The notes under the pieces were generated by a model. The model was not told where the DNA came from, made no database searches, and worked only from the letters and a program-made list of their open reading frames with translations. A program made the position numbers and the translations under genes. From assembly GCA_002269645.1 (NCBI GenBank), contig NIVC01000033.1, positions 423,335-487,334 on the forward strand: a DNA stretch of 64,000 nt, written 5' to 3'. Positions 33,512 through 45,500 of the stretch are shown in pieces. The DNA is from Macrostomum lignano (taxonomy: Eukaryota). How positions within the stretch are numbered: position 1 is the stretch's first letter; each line of letters begins with the position of its first letter.

Positions 33512-36500
33512 TCAGCAAAGCTGGCCAATCAGCAGGTCGCACAGCCGGCCAGCGTACAGTATGGCATGAAACGGAGCCGAGTGCTCCATCACTGCCGAGT
33601 CCACCAGGCTGCTCGGCCAGGCAGCCTCGGCGCTGTCGCCCCTGGCCGAAGCGTTGGCCAGCTGCACCCGAATGTCAGCCAGGGACTCGCCGATGCGGGC
33701 CCGCTCCTGCTTGTCCAGCGTCTGGGTGTTGGATGAAAGAGTTTGGGAGGACATCAGATGTGCGCATAAACTACTTCCAGTAGCAGTTTAATAATTGATT
33801 ACAGCACAGCAACCGACAGCTCAGCCGCAGCTATTGCGCGGCGCATCTGAAGGCTGCGTACGGCTGTTCAGTCCAAAAACTGGGGGGGGGGGGGTCGCCT
33901 CACACCCTCAATTACCTCAGCTAATGCTGGCACCCATTCTACAGCTGGGTGGATTGAAGCAATGCAGAGTATTGCTCAAGGACACAAATTGTTCCGAGTG
34001 GGTCGAGAATCGAACCCCCGACCTTCCAATCGTGAGTCTGACGCTCCTAACCACTAGGGCACAACCCCTACAGAAGAACTGCTCAATCTATAGAAGTTTA
34101 AAAGTTTGGGCCTTAATAGGAGACAGCTCACGAAAAATTAATAAATGCTATAATAAAATAAATGTAACACTCATTCAGAAAACAAAGCTACAAATTTCTT
34201 TACATGCTACTGAGCAGCAAGTAGCAAATAGAAATGAATTCAATGGCTATTTTCTACACCAGCAAGTGTGCAATGCAACACCAGGTCGAACGGCTATTAG
34301 GCGGGTAGCCCTAATTCGACCAACGATTTGCGCACAGCCAAGCCATGCGAGGCTTTGTTAATCTGGCATTCGTTCGACCGCCAAAAGGTCACTTGGTGCA
34401 GTTTCAGCAGCTGGACACAGGGGCGGAGATACAGAATGCCTGATGCTTGTTATTATATCCGTAAGCACATATCAATCAATCTAATGAAAATGTACAAAGC
34501 AACACCAGGCCAATTGGAACCAAACAGCCAATTGACCAACGATTTGTGCTTACAGGGCAGCGAAGCCCAGCTAGTTTAGCATTCTTTCGACCGCTAGAGG
34601 TCACTGCAAGGCCAGCTGGTGAGCTGCGCCAGGCAGACGCTGAAGCGGAGATACAGAATGCCGGCTGCGTGTGATCTGCGCCAGCTGGGTGTGATCTGTG
34701 CCTGCTGGGTGTGATCTGTGCCAGCTGGATGCTGATCTATGCCAGCTGGGTGTGATCTGTGCCAGCTGGGTGTGATCTATGCCAGCTGGGTGTGATCTAT
34801 GCCAGCTGGGTGTGATCTGTGCCAGCTGGGTGTGATCTGCGCCAGCTGGGTGTGATCTGTGCCAGCTGGGTGTGATCTGTGCCAGTTGGGTGTGATCTGT
34901 GCCAGCTGTGTGTGATCTGTGCCAGCTGGATGTGATTCTGTGCCAGCTGGGTGTGATCTGTGCCTGCTGGGTGTGATCTGTGCCAGCTGGATGCTGATCT
35001 ATGCCAGCTGGGTGTGATCTATGCCAGCTAGGTGTGATCTGTGCCAGCTGGATGTGATCTGTGCCAGCTGGACACAGGGGCGGAGATACAGAATGCCTGA
35101 TGCTTGTTATTATATCCGTAAGCACATATCAATCAATCTAATGAAAATGTACAAAGCAACACCAGGCCAATTGGAACCAAACAGCCAATTGACCAACGAT
35201 TTGTGCTTACAGGGCAGCGAAGCCCCAGCTAGTTTAGCATTCTTTCGACCGCTAGAGGTCACTGCAAGGCCAGCTGGTGAGCTGCGCCAGGCAGACGCTG
35301 AAGCGGAGATACAGAATGCCGGCTGGGTGTGATCTGTGCCAGCTGGGTGTGATCTGTGCCAGCTGGGTGTGATCTATGCCAGCTGGGTGTGATCTGTGCC
35401 AGCTGGGTGTGATTTATGCCAGCTGGGTGTGATCTATGCCGGCTGGGTGTGATCTGTGCCAGCTGGGTGTGATCTGTGCCAGCTGGGTGTGATCTATGCC
35501 AGCTGGGTGTGATCTGTGCCAGCTGGGTGTGATTTATGCCAGCTGGGTGTGATCTATGCCAGCTGGGTGTGATCTGTGCCAGCTGGGTGTGATCTGTGCC
35601 AGCTGAGTGTGATCTATGCCAGCTGGGTGTGATCTGTGACAGCTGGGTGTGATTTATGCCAGCTGGGTGTGATCTATGCCAGCTGGGTGTGAACTGTGCC
35701 AGCTGGATGTGATCTGTGCCAGCTGGACACAGGGGCGGAGATACAGAATGCCTGATGCTTGTTATTATATCCGTAAGCACATATCAATCAATCTAATGAA
35801 AATGTACAAAGCAACACCAGGCCAATTGGAACCAAACAGCCAAATAACCAACGATTTGTGCTTACAGGGCAGCGAAGCCCCAGCTAGTTTAGCATTCTTT
35901 CGACCGCTAGAGGTCACTGCAAGGCCAGCTGGTGAGCTGCGCCAGGCAGACGCTGAAGCGGAGATACAGAATGCCGGCTGCGTGTGATCTGCGCCAGCTG
36001 GGTGTGATCTGTGCCAGCTGGGTGTGATCTGTGCCAGCTGGATGCTGATCTGTGCCAGCTGGATGTGATTCTGTGCCAGCTGGGTGTGATCTATGCCAGC
36101 TGGGTGTGATCTATGCCAGCTAGGTGTGCTCTGCGCCAGCTGGGTGTGATCTGTGCCAGCTGGGTGTGATCTGTGCCAGCTGGGTGTGATCTGTGCCAGC
36201 TGGGTGTGATCTGTGCCAGCTGGATGTGATCTGTGCCAGCTGGATGCTGATCTGTGCCAGCTGCGTGTGATCTGCGCCAGCTGGGTGAGATCTGTGCCAG
36301 CTGGGTGTGATCTGTGCCAGCTGTGTGATCTGTGCCAGCTAGATATACTCGGGATCAGCGGGATCGGGACTCTCGGACTCATGAAAGAAATCCCTGGGAA
36401 TTTCTGAATAGAAGTTGGTACATTAAAAAAACTGGCATTTTCAGACAGTGAGCACAAAGAACTCACGGGAGCGGACAGATACAGCTTGTAGAAGCACAGC

Positions 36501-39500
36501 TCAATGAGGTAGCGCCATTCCACGAAGATATTGGCCTCCTCCCGCTGGTACATGGTCTGCTGATGGCACTCGCGCAGACGCAGCCGGCAGGCGGTGGACA
36601 TCCGCTGCACCAGGCCGGCCAGAGTGCGCACCAGCCAGTCGCAGTCGGTGCCGGCGTCCAGCTCCTCAGCGCCAGCCGGCCTGGCCACAATGGGATGCGT
36701 GAGCGCCAGGCCGGAGATGCGGTGGTGGGACAGGGCGGGCAGCCAGCCGCAGCGGTACACGATGGAGCAGGCCAGCACCCGCACAGCCGTGGACTCGTCA
36801 AACAGCATGCGGAACAGGATCTCGCGGACTCGCTCGTCCTCAGTCTGGGCCCGGCTCTGCGCCCACAGCCGGCCGCTTACCAGAATCAGCAGCGCGTTGG
36901 CGGCCGACAGGCGGAGGTCCTCGCTGATCGAGTAGTCGGAGAAGCGGTTCAGGTAGGCCAGGAGGTCCTGGCAAGCGGCCTTGTCGAACAGCGTGTTCAC
37001 CAGGTGGCTCTGCAGCAGGATCAGCGACGAGAACCGCTCGCTCGGGCAGTCGGACGGCAGCTGACGAAGCTGGTCGCTGATGAAGGCCAGGTACTCCTGT
37101 TGTTGGGGACAATTAGATGCCAGCTGGTAAGGTTGAGGCTTTCATATCCCCAAATAGGGAATTCCGATAAATACAGATTCATGAATACTTTCTTAAAGCC
37201 AAGAATCCCATCTCAGAGCCATGAATCTCATCTCAGAATTAAGAATCTCATCTCAGAGTTGAGAATCTCATCTCAGAGTCAAGAATCTCATCTCAGAGTC
37301 AAGAATCTCATCTCAGAGTCAAGAATCTCATCTCAGAGTCAAGAATCTCATCTCACAGTCAAGAATCTTATCTCAGAGCCATGAATCTCATCTCAGAATT
37401 AAGAATCTCATCTCAGAGCCATGAATCTCATCTCAGAATTAAGAATCTCATCTCAGAGTTTAGAATCTCATCTCAGAGTGAAGAATCTCATCTCAGAGTC
37501 AAGAATCTCATCCCAGAATGAAGAATCTCATCTCAGAGTGAAGAATCTCATCTCAGCGTTACGAATCTCATCTCGGAGTTAAGAATCTCATCTCAGAGTG
37601 AAAATCTTATCTCAGAGTCAAGATTGTCATCTCAGAGTCGAGAATCTCATCTTAAAGTCAAGAATCTCATCTCAGAATGAAGCCCACTTCAAAGTCAATA
37701 ATTTAATGGCGAAGCTGAAATTCCAAGTCAAAAATCCCAATGCAGGTCAAGAACTGTATCTTTATCTATAACGTTGGTTTATCTCTAACCGAAACGAAAC
37801 TTCGGGAAATTTGACACAAAAAAGGACACCATATGGCCATAAGTTTTGTTAATGAAATAGAGAGCAATGTACAAAGCAACACCAGGCCAATTGGAACCAA
37901 ACAGCCAATTGACCAACGATTTGTGCTTAGCAGGGCAGCGAAGCCCCAGCTAGTTTAGCATTCTTTCGACCGCTAGAGGTCACTGCAAGGCCAGCTGGTG
38001 AGCTGCGCCAGGCAGACGCTGAAGCGGAGATACAGAATGCCGGCTGCGTGTGATCTGCGCCAGCTGGGTGTGATCTGCGCCAGCTGGGTGTGATCTGCGC
38101 CAGCTGGGTGTGATCTGCGCCAGCTGGGTGTGATCTGTGCCAGCTGGGTGTGATCTGCGCCAGCTGTGTGTGATCTGTGCCAGCTGGGTGTGATCTGTGC
38201 CAGTTGGGTGTGATCTGTGCCAGCTGTGTGTGATCTGTGCCAGCTGCGTGTGATCTGCGCCAGCTGGGTGTGATCTGTGCCAGTTGGGTGTGATCTGTGC
38301 CAGCTGTGTGTGATCTGTGCCAGCTGGGTGTGATCTGTGCCAGTTGGGTGTGATCTGTGCCAGCTGGATGTGATCTGTGCCAGCTGGGTGCTTCTAGGAT
38401 TCTCCACTCACGATTGAGATTCTCCACTTGTGGATTGGGGATTTCCTATTCGAGGATTTGGATTCTCCGTTTGAAGATTGGGATTCTCCGTTTTGAGGAT
38501 TGGGATTCTCGGCTTTGAGATGGTGAGTCTCAGACAGGAGACTGACTTGAACTAGCATAAATCTGATTTTTTTATTTCCGGATGCTTGCCTTGAGATACC
38601 CGGTAGCGAAGAATCCCTGATTATAGGTGACCAGCATAGCCAGCACCCTGACGGCCAGGTTGCTGGTGAGGCACTGCTCAGGCGGCTGCCCAATCGCATA
38701 GTCGATGAGGTCCTGCGGCGAGCAGACGGCCTTCGGCATGTCCTCGTTGACCCCGCGCCGGCCAGACAGAGCCAGCTTCATCCGCTGCTCCTTCAGCTGG
38801 TCCTGCTGGGTGAGGAAGTGCTGAGTGGTCTCCTCGGAGCTGGCGGCCAGCGACTTAAACAGGTAGCCGGGGTCCCAGCGGACATTCTCGAAGATGTTGG
38901 GGTGCTCCATGGACAGCTCGGTGAGCTCCTGGTCGAACATGTCGAAGAAGATGTCGGGCGGAGCCGCTTTCCCAGTCGGCGCCAGGCTGTTCGGCAGGTT
39001 GAGGCTGACGCTGGGGTCGTGGCGCTTCATCAGCAGGCGGAGCAGTCGGAGACTCTCGCGAGCCAGGAACCAGCTCTTAAAGGTGATGAGCACAAGCAGG
39101 AGGTCGACAATGACGGACAGGATGACCGACAGGTCCTGGTGACCGGAGAGGCCGAGGGCCAGTCGCTGACACAGCAGGATGTGGCCGTGCAGCGAGTTGG
39201 CGCTGCGGTGCAGGCTGGAGAGATTGTGCACCTGCGGGGAGTTGGCGGCGGGGCTGCCTCCGTGTACTCAGTGCCTAGTGGCAGTAGACTAATCTCTACC
39301 TTTATTATCTCTAATCTCAGCTAAGTATCTCCTATCTCAGCCAAGTATCTCCGATCTCGGCAAGATATCTCTAATCTCAACCATAAGCATCTCAAATCTC
39401 AGCCAAGTATCTCCGATCTCGGCAAGATATCTCTAATCTCAACCATAAGCATCTCAAATCTCAGCCAAGTATCTCCGATCTCGGCAAGATATCTCTAATC

Positions 39501-42500
39501 TCAACCATAAGCATCTCAAATCTCAGCCAAGTATCTCCAGTCTCAACCGTACTATACGAAATCTAATCTCAGCTAAGCATCTCTGATCTCAGCCAAGTAT
39601 CTTTAATCTCAGCCCAAGTATCTCCAATTTCAGCCAAGCATCCCCAATCTCAGCCAAGTATCTCTGATCTTAGCCAAGTATCTCTACTCTCAGTCAAGTA
39701 TCTCCAATCTCAGCCATGTATCTCCAATATTAGCTAATCATCTAAAAGCTTAGATATTAAAGTATCTGTACTAAAGGTAGATCACACTCAAAGTATTTCT
39801 TGTCACACTAAAGCTGTATTTTACTGTACTTTTTGAATCTCTATAATCCCAAACCCACTACTTCAAGTACATCCCCAGAAGTCGCACCTGGGCGCTGAGC
39901 AGGTCCAGCCGCACTTTGGGCGGAGCGAACGACACCAGGGACTTGGCGGCCATGAGGCGGATGGCGTACACCGGACTGGACAGCAGCGTCACCAGGGGCT
40001 GCCGGAACGGCTCGACATTGTCCAGCAGGGCGGTCGGAGGATCCGGCGATAGCTGCGACAGGAAGGACAGCACAGGCACCGTGGCCTGGTGGGCGATGAA
40101 CTTAGCGCTGCTGGGATTGGCGCCGCGCACCAACACCTCCAGGAAGCAGCGCTGCAACCGAGGATAAGCCGAGAAGAACTCAGTCGGCGTGATGTGCGGC
40201 CGGCCGACGCCCAGCATCCGCTGGGACAGCGCGCCAAGCAGCTGGACGCAGGCGTTGCGCACCGCCCAGGAGCGGTCGGAGAAGTTGGTCAGGGTGGCCC
40301 GGGTGATGGCCTCGTGGTGCCGCGTGGTGGCATTGTACAGGGCCGCTTCGCGAACCACTGCACGCAGCAGGTTCAGGGCGTGCACCTTCGGGCTGTCCAC
40401 CTGGGAGATGGCGAGTGAGGGAATGGAGACAGCTGGAGAAACAGCAATGCAGACCTTCCATTCTCGAGTGCTCTTGCAAAGGCTTTTGGGCCGATTCTTC
40501 TGATGGATAGGGCGATTCTCTGATGGATTGGGGCGATTCTCTGATGGATTGGGGCGATTCTCTGATGGATTGGGGCGATTCTTCTGATGGATAGGGCGAT
40601 TCTCTGATGGATTGGGGCGATTCTCTAATGGATAGGGCGATTCTCTGATGGATTGGGGCGATTCTCTGATGGATTGGGGCGATTCTCTGATGGATTGGGG
40701 CGATTCTCTGATGGATTGGGGCGATTCTCTGATGGATTGGGGCGATTCTCTGAAGGATTGGGCGATTCTCTGATGGATTGGGGCGATTCTCTGATGGATT
40801 GGGGCGATTCTTCTGATGGATAGGGCGATTCTCTGATGGATTGGGGCGATTCTCTGATGGATTGGGGCGATTCTCTGATGGATTGGGGCGATTCTCTGAT
40901 GGATTGGGGCGATTCTCTGGTGGATTGGGGCGATTCTCTTAAGGATAGGGCGATTCTCTGATGGATTGGGGCGATTCTCTGATGGATTGGGGCGATTCTC
41001 TGATGGATTGGGGCGATTCTCTGATGGATTGGGGCGCTTCTCTGATGGATTGGGGGATTCTCTGATGGATTGGGGCGATTCTCTGATGGATTGGGGCGAT
41101 TCTCTGATGGATTGGGGGGATTCTCTGATGGATTGGGGCGATTCTCTAAAGGATAGGGCGATTCTCTGATGGATTGGGGCGATTCTCTGGTGGATTGGGG
41201 CGATTCTCTGATGGATTGGGGCGATTCTCTGATGGATTGGGGCGATTCTCTGGTGGATTGGGGCGATTCTCTTAAGGATAGGGCGATTCTCTGATGGATT
41301 GGGGTGATTCTCTGATGGATTGTCGCGATTCTCTTAAGAATATGGCGATTCTCTGATGGATTGGGGGATTTTCTGGTGGATTTGGGCGATTTTCTGAAGG
41401 ATTGGGCGATTCTCTGATGGATTGGGGCGATTCTCTGATGGATTGGGGCGATTCTCTGATGGATTGGGGCGATTCTCTGATGGATTGGGGCGATTCTCTG
41501 ATGGATTGGGGCGATTCTCTGATGGATTGGGGCGATTCTTCTGATGGATAGGGCGATTCTCTGATGGATTGGGGCGATTCTCTAATGGATAGGGCGATTC
41601 TCTGATGGATTGGGGCGATTCTCTGATGGATTGGGGCGATTCTCTGATGGATTGGGGCGATTCTCTGATGGATTGGGGCGATTCTCTGATGGATTGGGGC
41701 GATTCTCTGATGGATAGGGCGATTCTCTAATGGATAGGGCGATTCTCTGATGGATTGGGGTGATTCTCTGATGGATTGGGACGATTCTCTGATGGATTGG
41801 GGCGATTCTCTGATGGATTGGGGCGATTATCTAATGGATAGGGCGATTCTCTGATGGATTGGGGCGATTCTCTGATGGATTGGGGCGATTGTCTGATGGA
41901 TTGGGGCGATTCTCTGATGGATTATCGCGATTCTCTAAAGGATAGGGCGATTCTCTGATGGATTGGGGTGATTCTCTGATGGATTGTCGCGATTCTCTAA
42001 AGGATAGGGAGATTCTCTGATGGATTGGGGATTTTCTGGTGGATTTGGGCGATTCTCTGAAGGATTGGGCGATTCTCTGATAGATTGGAGTGATTCTCTG
42101 ATGGATTGGGGCGATTCTCTGATGGATTGGGGCGATTCTCTGATGGATTGGGGCGATTCTCTGATGATTTGGGGGATTCTCTGATGGATTGGGGCGATTC
42201 TCTAAAGGATAGGGCGATTCTCTGATGGATTGGGGCGATTCTCTGATGGGTTGGGGGATTCTCTGATGGATTGGGGGCGTTTCTTGGCGTCAGTAATGCT
42301 CGGAGCCAATTTAAACAAAGCTGCGTGGGCAGAACCTTTGAGAGGCCCACCTTATCGCTGCCTCCGGCCTCGTCCTCCGCAGTCGCCTTATCGGCCGTGG
42401 CTGACTCAACGCAGCGCAGCAGCCGGGCCACCGTCCGGTCCAGCAGCGGCTCCGACCACTGGCCGGCGCACACGGCCGACAGAACGGAGGTCAGTAGCAG

Positions 42501-45500
42501 CGGCAGGCCGGCGCTTCGCCTGGTTACCGAATAGCTTGCCGTTTCCATAGCAACCAGCGGCGCGTTGACCAGCTCGCCTGGCAGGTCGGCCAGCTCCTGT
42601 CGCCACCGGATCAGCTGGCAGAATTCGCGCAGCGAGTTGGCCACCGCCTCGATGGTGCCGCGGTGCCGACTGCCCGTCACCACGGCGGCCAGCCGGCGGC
42701 CGACGCGGCGCACGCCGTCCAAGTCGATGTCGGCATCGGCGGCGCGCAGGTGGGCGGCGCACAGCTGGACCAGCAGGTCGGCAGCCATGGCCAGGTTGCG
42801 CCAGGCCCAGGCCAGGATGCGCTGGTAGTGGGGCGACAGCCGGGCGCCGGACAGCAGGTCCTCGTCCAGATCGGCGTCCACCTGATGGCGGTTGGCGCGG
42901 GTGATTGCGTGGGGGCGCCTGAGATAATAGGGCTTGAGTTCGTAGGATTTTTATCTAAATTTATGAGATTTCAGAATCGTGGATTATGGAATCGAGGATT
43001 ATGGGTTATTGGGATTTCAGAATCGAGGATTATGGGTTATTAGGATTTCAGAATCGAGGATTATGGGATATAGGGATTTTGAGAACCAAACGAATGGCAT
43101 GGTTAAGCACCACTTACCCCGGCCGCCTTCTCAATCGCCCGCCCGAGCTCCTCGAACGATGGCGCCGCATCGGCTGACCAGTCTGCGACTTCGCCTCCGC
43201 CTTCGCCGCCGCCGCCTCGGAAGCCCATGACGGACATCAGCGAGGCGATCAAGTCGAAGCACAGCGCGGTGGCCTCGTTGAACAGCTGCCGTTGCACATC
43301 CGGTCCTCGGTTGACCTCGCCGCCACCCCGGCTGAGGTAGAGGCCGGCCGCCAGCAGGTAGCCGTGGCCGGTGCACTCGGAGGCCGCCGCGGCAGGCTCG
43401 GCCTTGGCTTTGGCCAGGGCGGCCGCCACCGCGTCCAGGCAGTAGCGCAGCGGCTCGGCGCCGCCGACATGCACGGCGGAATTGGCCAGCAGGTAGGCGA
43501 GCACACGGCCGGCTCCGTGGAACTGCTCGGCGTCCGGCGAATGGCACCGGCGGAGCAGCAGCGGCAGCAGGCGGTCCAGACTGGCCGGGCCGGCCTGCGG
43601 CAGGCGGGCCATGGGGTAGTGCTCAGTCAGCAGGCCCAGCATGCTGTCCTGGATGTCCCGGGAGCAGTGCAGCGCCGAGCGGAGCAGGCGGCCAACAACG
43701 CGTTCAGCGGCTTCCGGACCGTCCATGGGAGCGCCGAAGCGGCGGAACGCCTCGCGAAGGAATTCAGTCACCTGCGGTGGGAGTGGGGAAGCGTGGGATG
43801 CATGGCGCTCTTAGAGATGGGAAAATGGGATATTAGAATTTCTAGAGTGGGATTATTGGGAATAGACGGGATATTGGGATTTTCAGAGTGGGATTATTGG
43901 GGACGAGTGTGGGGTCTTGGGATTTCCAGAGTGGGATTATTGAGAATATACAGAATCTTAGGATTACCAGAGTGAAATTATTGAGAATATACGGGATCTT
44001 GAGATTTCCAGAGTGGGATTATTGAGAATATACGGGATCTTAGGATTACCAGAGTGAAATTATTGAGAATATACGGGATCTTGAGATTTCCAGAGTGGGA
44101 TTATTGAGAATAGACACGATCTTGGGATTTTCAGAGGGGGATTATTGGGAATATACGGGATCTTAGGATTTCCAGAGTGGGATTATTGAAAATTGGTGGG
44201 ATCTTTGAATTTCCAGAGTGGGATTATAAGAAATGGGTGGGATCCAAAGATGGCCCAGATCGTCAATAAGAGTCACCTTGTCCAGCACTTCGCTAGGATA
44301 GCCGCGTTTCTTCATTCCTGACGAGCTGCCAAAATAGTGCGTGCAGGCGATCTGCAGGTACTCAATGCAGGTGCGCTGGCGCTGGTAGCAGGCCCCAGGA
44401 AACCACACGTCGCTATCCAACAGCTGACGAACGAACTGCGCCAACAGTTTCACGTTGCTAAGCAAAGCGTCCGGCGAAGTCTTAGACGGGTCGTCCTCGA
44501 ACACCAGGAACTCCTCGGCGCTGGCGCTGTCGGTCTTGTCGCCGGAGTTGGCGCCAATCACGGCGGCGGAGGAGACGATGGCGTCGAACTGGGCAATCCG
44601 CGTCGCCACGGAGATGTCGGGCAGCAGGCAGTGCACCAGCCGGGAGGCGCCGCCGCCATCGCCGTACTCCTCTGCCACTTTAGACGCCGCCAGTTCAGCC
44701 GGCGGCTCAGCGGCCAGGCGGGTGCTCAGCTCCGGCAGTGCCTGGATGCAGCCGTCCTTCACCTGCTGGCAGACGGACCGGAAGCAGGCCAGGAGGCGCT
44801 GGCGGAACGGCGGCTGGTCGGAGTTCATGTTGAGGCAGAAGAACTCCAGGATCATCTTCAGCGACTGCGGCGTGATGTGGCACGTCTGTGTGCGGCAAGG
44901 GGACACAGTCTTTATAAAGTTAATTACACAACATATCGGCAATTTCAAACACAGTCAGGGGTAGGCAACTAACCGGCTTGTTGCTCAGACAGAGCACCTC
45001 CAGTGCAGCCGCCCTGGTCTGCTCATCGCAGTGGATGAGGGCCATTCTCAGATCGGCCATGCGCATTCTGGGCAGGCGGCCGCGCAGCTTGCAGTGCTTG
45101 GCCACGCTGCACCAGCACTGAATGTCGAAGAAGTTCCCGTGCGGATTGTTGCCGTCCGGTAGTTCCCGGGCGCTGAAATTGAAACTTGTGTCGGCGGCGA
45201 TGTACACGGGCAGGATCAGGGAGCAGAAGTTGCGTTGCGACAGCTGCGACATGTGGCGCATCCGGTGGCACATGTCCGGGAAGATCTGGGCTAGCAGGTC
45301 GGTCTTGCCGCGCTGGGTCAGCGCCCCGGCGATGACGCCAAAAAGACTGGCAGCGGCGCTGGCGGTGTAGTTGACGTCCAGAGCGTCAACCAGGCGGCTG
45401 CAGAGGCCGATGATGCGGATCTCGTCTAGCAGCGGCACCAGCGCAGACCAGAAGCGCAGGGCGCCGCGGCACAGCATGGGCATTGTCCAGAGCTCGTCAA

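Noticed and set aside
34413-38390. CRISPR-like repeat-spacer appearance
   Set aside because: The intervening blocks are identical copies rather than unique spacers, there are no cas genes, and the context is a eukaryotic intron.
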